In this document: positions 9,025-16,329 of the stretch, piece by piece | Position numbering within the stretch: position 1 is the stretch's first letter | Layout of the letters: every line of letters begins with the position of its first letter | Assembly (NCBI GenBank): GCA_964482695.1 | Contig: CAYZYP010000001.1 | Coordinates: 4,143 to 68,142, forward strand | DNA: 64,000 nt | From: an uncultured Gammaproteobacteria bacterium | GTDB lineage: Bacteria > Patescibacteriota > Patescibacteriia > Magasanikbacterales > GWA2-37-8 | Direction: 5' to 3' | The notes under the pieces: generated by a model | What the model saw: the letters and a program-made list of their open reading frames with translations, nothing else | What the model was told of the DNA's origin: nothing | Databases searched by the model: none | Position numbers and translations under genes: made by a program

Positions 9025-10272
9025 ATGACCTCAAAAGATCAAGCAAAAAAGTTTCCTCTTTCACCGGGTGTTTATCGGTTTATAGATAAGAACGGTGGAA
9101 TTTTGTATATCGGCCGGGCAACCAATTTGCGTGGTCGGGTTTCGCATTACTTTGGAAAAGATATTGACCGCCGGATAGGCGAGATGGTTTCTTTGGCTAA
9201 AAATGTTAGATGCCAGAAAACCGATTCTATTTTGGAAGCGATTATTTTGGAAGCTAATTTGATTAAGAAATACTGGCCGAAATATAATATTAAAGATAGA
9301 GATGATAAATCATTTACTTATTTAGTAATTCCCAAAGGTGATTATCCCAAGCCGTTATTTATCCGCGGTCGTGAATTAGAAAAATTTCCAACTGCCAATG
9401 TTAATATTTTTGGTCCTTATCAAAACGCGGCATTGCTACGCAAGGCATTAAAAATAATCAGGCGGATTTTCCCTTATAGTACTTGCGTGCCCAATTCAGG
9501 GCGTCCTTGCTTTGATTATCAAATCGGTTTGTGTCCAGGTGTTTGCTTGGGTGCCATAAGTAAAAAAGATTATCAGAAAAATATTAAAAATTTAATTTTA
9601 TTTTTAAGCGGTGATAAAAAGAGGTTGTTTAAAAAGTTAAAAACAGAAAACCCAGAAGCGATTATTGCTTTAAAACAAATTCAGGACGTTGCGTTAATAA
9701 TAAATGATGAACAGACCTCCAATTGCCACCTTCTTCGCCACCGCCACAGCGGGATCCCGTTAAAGCGGGATAAAGAGGGGACAGATGGTGAATATAAGGA
9801 TTTTCGCGTAGAAGGTTATGATATTTCTCATTTTGCCGGTAAAGAAACCTATGGTTCTATGGTGGTGTTTAAAAATGGCCAGCCGGATAAAAGCCAATAT
9901 CGGCTTTTTAAAATTAAAACAGCGCCGGCCAGTGATGATTTAGCGGCGTTAACAGAAATGATAACCAGGCGGTTAAAACATTTAGAATGGCCAATGCCGG
10001 ATTTGATGGTGGTTGATGGCGGTTTGCCACAAGTCCGCCAAGTTTACAAAATTTTTAAAGTCGGCAAAGTAGACGTTTCTTTTGTTGGTATTTCTAAATT
10101 GCAGAATGATATTTTAGTTTTTCCTCCTGGCATTACCAAAACTTTCAGAGAGTTAGTAGAAGCGTCTAAACGGATGTTACTTCAAGTTCGCGACGAGGCG
10201 CACAGATTCGCGAATATGGCGAGAAAGAGGAAAATGGGAAAAACGTTGGAAAAAAATTATAATTTATCTTGA
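9025..10272 (+). CDS. uvrC: Excinuclease ABC subunit C (compact, no C-terminal HhH)
   Basis: GIY-YIG (PGVY..LYIGRATNLRGRV), Cys cluster, RNaseH-like EGYDISH, DGG, RDEAHRFA. Confidence 0.93.
   Translation: MTSKDQAKKFPLSPGVYRFIDKNGGILYIGRATNLRGRVSHYFGKDIDRRIGEMVSLAKNVRCQKTDSILEAIILEANLIKKYWPKYNIKDRDDKSFTYLVIPKGDYPKPLFIRGRELEKFPTANVNIFGPYQNAALLRKALKIIRRIFPYSTCVPNSGRPCFDYQIGLCPGVCLGAISKKDYQKNIKNLILFLSGDKKRLFKKLKTENPEAIIALKQIQDVALIINDEQTSNCHLLRHRHSGIPLKRDKEGTDGEYKDFRVEGYDISHFAGKETYGSMVVFKNGQPDKSQYRLFKIKTAPASDDLAALTEMITRRLKHLEWPMPDLMVVDGGLPQVRQVYKIFKVGKVDVSFVGISKLQNDILVFPPGITKTFRELVEASKRMLLQVRDEAHRFANMARKRKMGKTLEKNYNLS
9715..9789. repeat. Composite palindromic insertion in uvrC
   Basis: GC-rich segment with hairpin atcccg-ttaaag-cgggat (9754-9771), encoding TSNCHLLRHRHSGIPLKRDKEGTDG. 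Confidence 0.55.
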
Positions 10273-10297
10273 CAAAAGCCATATTTTGTGCTATACT
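10269..10297 (+). promoter_or_regulatory. Sigma70-type promoter
   Basis: TTGACA-N17-TATACT with extended -10 TG. Confidence 0.75.
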
Positions 10298-10354
10298 TAA
10301 TCTAAGTTTAAAGGCATTACCTTTAAATTTAGTTAGTTTTTAACTATAAAAAAT

Positions 10355-10624
10355 ATGGAAAGAACGCATCATAGCAAAATAGTAAAAGAGGATATAGAAG
10401 CAGACGAAGCGTTTAAAATGGGTCAACATCAGGATAGAATAGCATACGGCAGAGATCTAGAAGAAGCCAAGGCAACAATGAAAGCAGGCCTAGAAGAAGA
10501 AGAAAGAATACACCAACAAAATTTATCAGCCGAAGTGGCAATGAAAAGAGGCAAAAAAGCAGACGAAGAAGCCCATCAAAAGGGTTTGGCGGAAGAGCCA
10601 AAAGAATACGACAAAGCCGCGTAA
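10355..10624 (+). CDS. Small highly charged hypothetical protein
   Basis: 89 aa E/K/A-rich ORF with its own promoter and terminator. Confidence 0.75.
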   Translation: MERTHHSKIVKEDIEADEAFKMGQHQDRIAYGRDLEEAKATMKAGLEEEERIHQQNLSAEVAMKRGKKADEEAHQKGLAEEPKEYDKAA

Positions 10625-10638
10625 AAATTTTTAAACAC

Positions 10639-10666
10639 AAAACCGCTCTAAAAAGGGCGGTTTTTT
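10639..10666 (+). terminator. Intrinsic terminator, probably bidirectional
   Basis: aaaaccgctc-taaaa-agggcggtttttt between convergent genes. Confidence 0.75.
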
Positions 10667-10670
10667 ATTT

Positions 10671-12638
10671 TCATTGGCACAAAGGAAAAGTACAAGTTAC
10701 TTTTGTGCCTTTGTTTATTTCACTTTCTATCTTTATATCCCCATCATGATTTTTTATGATTCTTTCACAGATTGCCAAACCAAGGCCGGTGCCCTTTACG
10801 CTATTGTTGGTGTTATTATCAGCTCGATAGAAGCGTTTAAATAAATTTTGTAATTCTATCTTGGCTATGCCAATTCCACTGTCATTTATTACAAGTAAAA
10901 CATTATTTTTATCTCTTTTTAAATTAATAATTATTTTTCTTTCATTGGCAGTATATTTAAAAGCATTGCTTACCAAATTGGTTATTAATTCTTCTAGCTG
11001 TTTTGCTTGGCCAAACAAATAAATGTTGGGTTCTATATTAGAAATAATGTTTATTTTATTTTGTTTAGCTATAACTTGGAAGTATTCTATCAAATCAGTT
11101 AGTAAATAACTAAAATTTATTTTTTGTTTATTATTAACATCAAATTTAAAATCTAACCTAGCTAATTTTAACAAATCAGAAATAAATTTCGAAATATTAT
11201 CTATTGATTTAGAGCATATTTTAAAAGTGTCATTTTTATTGTAACTATTTTCCAGTTGGCACAATTCGCCTTTGATTATTGTTAAAGGAGTTTGTAAGGC
11301 ATGAGAAATATCTAACATCATTTGTGATTGTTTTTCTTGTAAATTTGTTATTTCTTTAGTTCTATTTTTTACCTTTTCTTCCAAATTTTTGGAATAATTT
11401 TTTATTTGTTCATAAAGCCGCGCTTTTTCCAAAGCCATGGTTACTTGGTAAGCAAACGTTTCTAATAATTTTAAATCTTGTTTGCTATAATAGTCACCAG
11501 AAAGTTTTGGTCCTAATAATAAAAAACCAATATTTTTATTTTCTAATAAAAGAGGCACACTGGCGGTTTTCTCGTGCCTGTCATCTATTGAATGTTGGCT
11601 ATAAGTTGTATTTAAAATATAACTAGCTGTACTGGCATGGAGAATTTGTTTTAATTTATCGTTAGTTTCATCAATAATATCTTGTTGATTAATATTTTTG
11701 TTAGCGATAAAACTTAATTCACGCAAAGCCTCGCTATAATTGTATTTATCTTTGAAAAATATTTTATCAGTAAAACGACGAAAGTACAGTTCTATTATTG
11801 GTACGGTAAAAATACCAAAAATAGTAGTAATAATAGCGCTGATAAAATAATTAAAGTGGCTATTGTTTTTTAATAAAACAAGCGAAGTAAATAATATTGA
11901 TAAATAAAATATTATAATAATGCTTAAAATAGCAATATAAATTAAACCGCGTTGGATGATTATTTTGATGTCTAGCAATTTATGTTTTAAGATGACGTAG
12001 CTAGTGAAGATAGCCAAGAAGATAGAAAATTGCGGTCCAAGACTGTAGAATCGAATCTCTCCAAGTAAAGGTAAAATTACGGTAAAAATAATCGCTCCAA
12101 ATAATACCAAAAAAACTCCCATTTTTATGTAGATGATTTGTCTTTTTTGTAGCCACGATGCTTTTGGATAATAGAATAATAAGCGTGTGCCGCCATAAAT
12201 CAAACCGCCCAAAAGAAAAAGTAAAATAGGATAACTAACGATGCCGAGGGTGATTTGCGTGGGCGCATTAGGCGGAAAAAATGTTTCTATTGTATATAAT
12301 TTGGTGAAACTACAAATAGAAAAAATAATACTGGGCGTTAAAAAAAGTATCTTTTTTATTTTACTTAGTCGGTTGTTGATAAAAAATTCTATAAAACATA
12401 AATGATAACTAACAAAAAAGACACCGCCTGTAACAGCCAAACCGCTATAAATTCGCAAAGCCAGATCGCTACTCGCGACATCAGCCATGGCATTACTGCC
12501 AACCCAAACCGTGATGAATAAAATATATAGTCCAAGGTATTTAGCGAGAATGTTGTGTTTCTTTTGTATAAAAACGAAAGCCGCGACCCCCAGGTTTATT
12601 AAAGTGAGAATCGCGGCGGAAATAGTGAAAATAAACAT
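10671..12638 (-). CDS. Membrane sensor histidine kinase (7TM-type N-terminus, GAF-like, HisKA, HATPase_c)
   Basis: Many TM helices; 'VPL...IGFLLLG.K.SGD.YS..DL.LL' GAF-like segment; H-box SHALQTPL, N-box NLVSNAFKY, DSGIGI, GTGLGL. Confidence 0.9.
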   Translation of the reverse strand: MFIFTISAAILTLINLGVAAFVFIQKKHNILAKYLGLYILFITVWVGSNAMADVASSDLALRIYSGLAVTGGVFFVSYHLCFIEFFINNRLSKIKKILFLTPSIIFSICSFTKLYTIETFFPPNAPTQITLGIVSYPILLFLLGGLIYGGTRLLFYYPKASWLQKRQIIYIKMGVFLVLFGAIIFTVILPLLGEIRFYSLGPQFSIFLAIFTSYVILKHKLLDIKIIIQRGLIYIAILSIIIIFYLSILFTSLVLLKNNSHFNYFISAIITTIFGIFTVPIIELYFRRFTDKIFFKDKYNYSEALRELSFIANKNINQQDIIDETNDKLKQILHASTASYILNTTYSQHSIDDRHEKTASVPLLLENKNIGFLLLGPKLSGDYYSKQDLKLLETFAYQVTMALEKARLYEQIKNYSKNLEEKVKNRTKEITNLQEKQSQMMLDISHALQTPLTIIKGELCQLENSYNKNDTFKICSKSIDNISKFISDLLKLARLDFKFDVNNKQKINFSYLLTDLIEYFQVIAKQNKINIISNIEPNIYLFGQAKQLEELITNLVSNAFKYTANERKIIINLKRDKNNVLLVINDSGIGIAKIELQNLFKRFYRADNNTNNSVKGTGLGLAICERIIKNHDGDIKIESEINKGTKVTCTFPLCQ

Positions 12639-12670
12639 AACTAGTTTAAGAGCTGATTAAAATTGATTGC

Positions 12671-13381
12671 TTAGGGGTGTTTACACCGCAAAAGAATACT
12701 AAAATCTCTGCTCTGAGGATCGTGGAGAAAATTGGGCAAGACGGCCAGGATTACTATATGCGGATTATGTAAATATTTGCGCAAAATAAGATCAGGTTCG
12801 GCTAAAGTCGGCAGGTTTGGCAGTTCAGGTTTAGCTGGCAATGTAGGAGCAGCGCATCCGTTTACCATTTTAACACATTCCCAAACATACGATAAGGCAA
12901 GCTGTTTTTCTTGTTCCGGCCTAAAGCCGCTTACCACGGCCTGATTAAAGTAGTCGGAAAATCCGGGGATCCGCGAAACGCCGTGTAGTGGCTTGTGGCG
13001 CGAGTAGGCAAAGTCAACGCAAGCTTGCAGAAGTACGTGTCCGCTGCCGCGATCTACCGAGCAGATAGTAATGCCGAAGTGGCAGTTACCGTTTGGGTCG
13101 TGGACGTGGCGAGAGAATCCGTTATCTGTTAAGTCGTTAAAGGTGGCCAGTCGCGAGATTCCAGCGGCAGTTAGATGGGTAATAAAACAGTAAGTGAAGG
13201 CGGTTATTACGCCATTTTTTTCTGCCAACAAAAATCCCTCGGGGTAAACGTCTAACCATGTTTTGAAGTGTTCCTCCCTATACACTTCAGTACCGGCGTT
13301 TCCCCAAACTTTTTCTTCTACCGCGACGATTTGGGCGATGTCAGCCCAAGTTGCTTGGCGAATTTTTAGTTTTTCTGTCAT
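12671..13381 (-). CDS. GNAT-fold acyltransferase, YkwB-like
   Basis: 'IRQAT..DI..I..VE', 'TDNG...HDPNG', 'RIPGF', 'PNFL.D..S' match my recollection of the YkwB-type GNAT; AGGAG Shine-Dalgarno upstream. Confidence 0.7.
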   Translation of the reverse strand: MTEKLKIRQATWADIAQIVAVEEKVWGNAGTEVYREEHFKTWLDVYPEGFLLAEKNGVITAFTYCFITHLTAAGISRLATFNDLTDNGFSRHVHDPNGNCHFGITICSVDRGSGHVLLQACVDFAYSRHKPLHGVSRIPGFSDYFNQAVVSGFRPEQEKQLALSYVWECVKMVNGCAAPTLPAKPELPNLPTLAEPDLILRKYLHNPHIVILAVLPNFLHDPQSRDFSILLRCKHP

Positions 13382-13396
13382 CAGCTTCTCCTTGGT

Positions 13397-13795
13397 TTAC
13401 TCGTGCAGGTTATTAACCGGAAATTCAAGCCCACGTTCTATCACTTGCCAGACAATCTTTTTGGCAGAGAACTTGGCCTTGACGTACGCGACCACTTTTT
13501 CCGGATCAAAGTTCTGGCAGGAAAATAGATCCATGAAAAAGCAGTCTTTTTTGCAGTAGGTGTGGATGCTGATGTGAGAGGTGACAATTAGGATTATGCC
13601 ACTCGCGCCAGCGACTGCTGAATCATCAAAACTCGCCACCACCGGCTGGCTTGCTTTTTGCATGCCAACCAACTCCGGCAGTTCTTCTAGCACTTGTTGT
13701 AGTAAGTTGGTGTCGTTTAATTTGTCTGGATCTGCTTGGTAGCAGTCCATAACAAGGTGCAGACCGTAGTATTTATCTTTTTCTCCAATTTCCAT
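13397..13795 (-). CDS. Pyruvoyl-dependent S-adenosylmethionine decarboxylase-fold proenzyme (SpeD/SpeH class I-like)
   Basis: 'GLHLVMD', 'G.SG..LIVTSHISIHTY', 'DLFSC'; ATG 13795 preceded by AAGGAG; substrate uncertain. Confidence 0.85.
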   Translation of the reverse strand: MEIGEKDKYYGLHLVMDCYQADPDKLNDTNLLQQVLEELPELVGMQKASQPVVASFDDSAVAGASGIILIVTSHISIHTYCKKDCFFMDLFSCQNFDPEKVVAYVKAKFSAKKIVWQVIERGLEFPVNNLHE

Positions 13796-13830
13796 GTTTA
13801 TCTCCTTAGGTTGTGAAAGAGCGTTGTTTT

Positions 13831-14487
13831 TTATTTTGTTATTAACGGCGCTAGGATAGTGTTGTGTTTCCAGTACAAACATTCTTTTGGCGGATTGACA
13901 TAACAGATTTTTTTATCAATTTTTTTAAATCCAGCTTGCTGTAAATAGTGCAGATGATTAGGTGAAAAATTATCAACTTCATCTGAATAGTAAGTTAAAA
14001 TTCCGTTTGGTTTTAAAATTCGGTACGCTTCTGGAAAGAATTTAAAATGATTGCAATGGATTTCTTTTTTTCGTAAAGGATAGGTGTCAAACAAAATGCC
14101 GTCTATGCTGTTACTAGGAATAGTTTTAATTGTATCTTCCCAAAAACCTAAGATCGGTTCAATAGAAAAATTAGTTTGTTTTTGAAAATCAAAAATAGTC
14201 TTCCAAACTTGTTTGTTGGCTTCTATTATAATATGCTTTGTTATCTGGCGCTTCTGAATATATTTAGCAGAAATACCCATGCCAAAACCAACTTCCAAAA
14301 TAGCCCCGCCATTTTTAGTGGCAATTTCTGCTAGTAGTTTCATGTAATTGTCTTCCCAGCTTTCCATTATCGGGTGGCCGCAAATTCGCAGTTTATCCCG
14401 CGTGATAAAAATAGGTGCGTCCAGCCATTTTTGTCTGATATTTTTAAAGCCGATTTGTAGGCGAGTTTGGTAGGTATTAATATACAT
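13831..14487 (-). CDS. Guanidinoacetate N-methyltransferase (GAMT/RMT2)-family SAM methyltransferase
   Basis: 'LRICGHPIMESWE..YM', 'GG.ILEVGFGMGI', 'H.IIE.N', 'G.WED', 'DGILFDTYPL', 'LKP.G.LTY', 'PP.EC.YW', 'PLITK' are colinear with vertebrate GAMT as I recall it. Confidence 0.85.
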   Translation of the reverse strand: MYINTYQTRLQIGFKNIRQKWLDAPIFITRDKLRICGHPIMESWEDNYMKLLAEIATKNGGAILEVGFGMGISAKYIQKRQITKHIIIEANKQVWKTIFDFQKQTNFSIEPILGFWEDTIKTIPSNSIDGILFDTYPLRKKEIHCNHFKFFPEAYRILKPNGILTYYSDEVDNFSPNHLHYLQQAGFKKIDKKICYVNPPKECLYWKHNTILAPLITK

Positions 14488-14568
14488 AGGTGATTGGTAA
14501 TAATATTATCGACATTCATAATAGCATATACCTACCTATGAAATTATAAATTAAAGATAAAATAAAAA

Positions 14569-14598
14569 TAAACTATGTCACGTTAGTGACATAGTTTA
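14569..14598 (-). terminator. Hairpin followed by a T-rich tract on the minus strand (terminator or operator)
   Basis: taaactatgtcac-gtta-gtgacatagttta, 13-bp perfect IR. Confidence 0.5.
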
Positions 14599-14716
14599 AA
14601 ATTACACAACATTTTTTTCCATCCGTTTTTTAGCTCCTTGCTATGTTTACAATTAGTTTGTAAACATAGTGGGAAGCGGATGGGGGAGTCCGCTTGAAGG
14701 TGTGAGTGTAGAGGAA

Positions 14717-14995
14717 CTAGTACCGAATGCCCCAGATTTGCGAGTTGTACCTATAGGCATCGTCGGAGTAGTAGACTGTTTTTTCGACCTTGGGCTTCCG
14801 CCCGTTACTCTTCTTCAAAGCGTCGAGGCCGTTGCCTTTTCCGATGACCGGTGCGTTCGGCACCTTCTCCGGATCCATGCCCTTTTGGAGCTGGTATAGG
14901 CAGCCTCCGATCCAGGCGAGCGTCTGGACGTCGACTCCGAGTTGTCGGGCGAACTTTCTTTTTGTTGTCTTTCTTCTTCGTACTGTGGCGTTCAT
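14717..14995 (-). CDS. Orphan small basic protein (92 aa)
   Basis: ATG preceded by AAAGGAGGT; promoter upstream; locally GC-rich. Confidence 0.65.
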   Translation of the reverse strand: MNATVRRRKTTKRKFARQLGVDVQTLAWIGGCLYQLQKGMDPEKVPNAPVIGKGNGLDALKKSNGRKPKVEKTVYYSDDAYRYNSQIWGIRY

Positions 14996-15070
14996 ACGCC
15001 ACCTCCTTTATCTAGCCCGCTGTAGCACCACACCATGATCGGCGAGGTGCAAAAGCAGGTCGTGTAATCA

Positions 15071-15099
15071 AAAATAACAAAGATATATATATATGTCAA
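15071..15099 (-). promoter_or_regulatory. Sigma70-type promoter with (TA)n spacer
   Basis: Minus strand TTGACA (15099-15094), 17 nt spacer, TGn-TATTTT; (AT)6 at 15083-15094. Confidence 0.55.
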
Positions 15100-15117
15100 T
15101 AGACAAAAACAAAAAAA

Positions 15118-15145
15118 TAGGGGCAGGTTTAAAACCTGCCCCTAC
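15118..15145. repeat. GTAG-type REP-like palindrome downstream of rplS
   Basis: taggggcaggttt-a-aaacctgcccctac; may double as a terminator. Confidence 0.8.
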
Positions 15146-15165
15146 GATTAGAAAATATTTGAATC

Positions 15166-15513
15166 TTATTTTTTTACTTCTTTTTTCTTTTCTTTCATTT
15201 TTCTTTTGAATTTTGGATCACGCAAATAATGTAATTTAGCCCTTCTTACTTTGTATTCTTTAACTATCTGGATTTTGGCTACAGCTGGCGAATGAATAGG
15301 ATAAATTTTTTCCACGCCAACACCATCAGAAACTTTGCGCACAGTAATAGTGGCGCCAGCTTCGGCCCCGTGTTTGGCGGCAATAATTGTGCCTTCGTAA
15401 ATTTGAATACGTTCTTTTTCTTCGCCTTTAGTGTTCATTTCTTTAATTTTTTCATGCACCTTTACCACCATGCCTGGTTTGTAGGCATTTTTTTTATTTT
15501 GTTCTTCGGTCAT
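15166..15513 (-). CDS. rplS: 50S ribosomal protein L19
   Basis: 'KERIQIYEG', 'TVRKVS.GVGVEK', '[11 protein letters not shown]'. Confidence 0.97.
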   Translation of the reverse strand: MTEEQNKKNAYKPGMVVKVHEKIKEMNTKGEEKERIQIYEGTIIAAKHGAEAGATITVRKVSDGVGVEKIYPIHSPAVAKIQIVKEYKVRRAKLHYLRDPKFKRKMKEKKKEVKK

Positions 15514-15548
15514 AAAATATATTTAGTATGCAAAACATGTTGCCAATA

Positions 15549-16145
15549 TTACCCTTTTTTCTTATTTTTGTCAACCATTTTCACGGTTCCTAGCCTATTT
15601 TGTATAATTTGCGCTATTTTATCAATAGTTTCCGTTAATTTACCTTCGGAATTAACTATCTGGTATTGAAATTTATCTTTTTTCTTTAATTCTATTTCCG
15701 CTGATTTAAGTCTTGCTCGAAAATCACCCTCGGTCATTTCACCGCGATTTTTAATATGATCCACCATCTGTTCGTAGTTTTCCGGCAGTAAAAAAATAGT
15801 AATACAATTATTTGGGAATTCTTTTATTAATTGTTCCGCGCCCTGCACGTCTATGTTAAAAAGTACCGGGTTTTTTTCCAATAATTTAATAGTTTCTTGC
15901 TTATGCGTGCCATAATAATCGCCATGCACCTTGGCCCATTCCAAAAATTCACCGGCTTTTTGACGCTTGTCAAATTCAGCAGTAGAAATATAGTACATTT
16001 TTTTATCTTCAACAGAATTTTGTCTTGGCCGGCGAGTGGTATAGGTAACACTAGAGCGCAAATTAGAAAAAGCTTTTAACAGCGATTTAGCCACCGTTGT
16101 TTTCCCAACGCCTGCCGGACCGCAGATAATAATTAAATTTTGCAT
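15549..16145 (-). CDS. gmk: Guanylate kinase
   Basis: GPAGVGKTT, 'TTRRPR', 'FLEWAKVHGDYYGT', 'IDVQGA'. Confidence 0.93.
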   Translation of the reverse strand: MQNLIIICGPAGVGKTTVAKSLLKAFSNLRSSVTYTTRRPRQNSVEDKKMYYISTAEFDKRQKAGEFLEWAKVHGDYYGTHKQETIKLLEKNPVLFNIDVQGAEQLIKEFPNNCITIFLLPENYEQMVDHIKNRGEMTEGDFRARLKSAEIELKKKDKFQYQIVNSEGKLTETIDKIAQIIQNRLGTVKMVDKNKKKG

Positions 16146-16182
16146 AAAGAGTGTTGAAGTATAAATACCCTTAGTATGTATA

Positions 16183-16327
16183 GTAATCCTTTAATTAAAT
16201 TATTTTTAGAGTTTGCGAGGCAAAAATGCATGGTCCCGACTAAGTTGGGATTTTTGCCGAGCATTTAAGTCAATTTTGCCGCTGGGCGAAATTGACGTGT
16301 CTAAAAATAATTAAACTAAAGGATTAC
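16183..16327 (-). repeat. Multi-hairpin element, family B copy 2
   Basis: 28-bp IR arms with 2 mismatches; core is the reverse complement of the 4688-4776 core with compensatory changes. Confidence 0.9.
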
Positions 16328-16329
16328 GA

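Noticed and set aside
13796-13882. Longer start for the decarboxylase overlapping the methyltransferase
   Set aside because: The Shine-Dalgarno site and fold boundary support ATG 13795.
14669-15038. Alternative ORFs 14669-14899 (+), 14790-15038 (+) and 14805-15002 (-)
   Set aside because: Only 14717-14995 has an ATG with a well-spaced Shine-Dalgarno; the others are probably by-products of local high GC.
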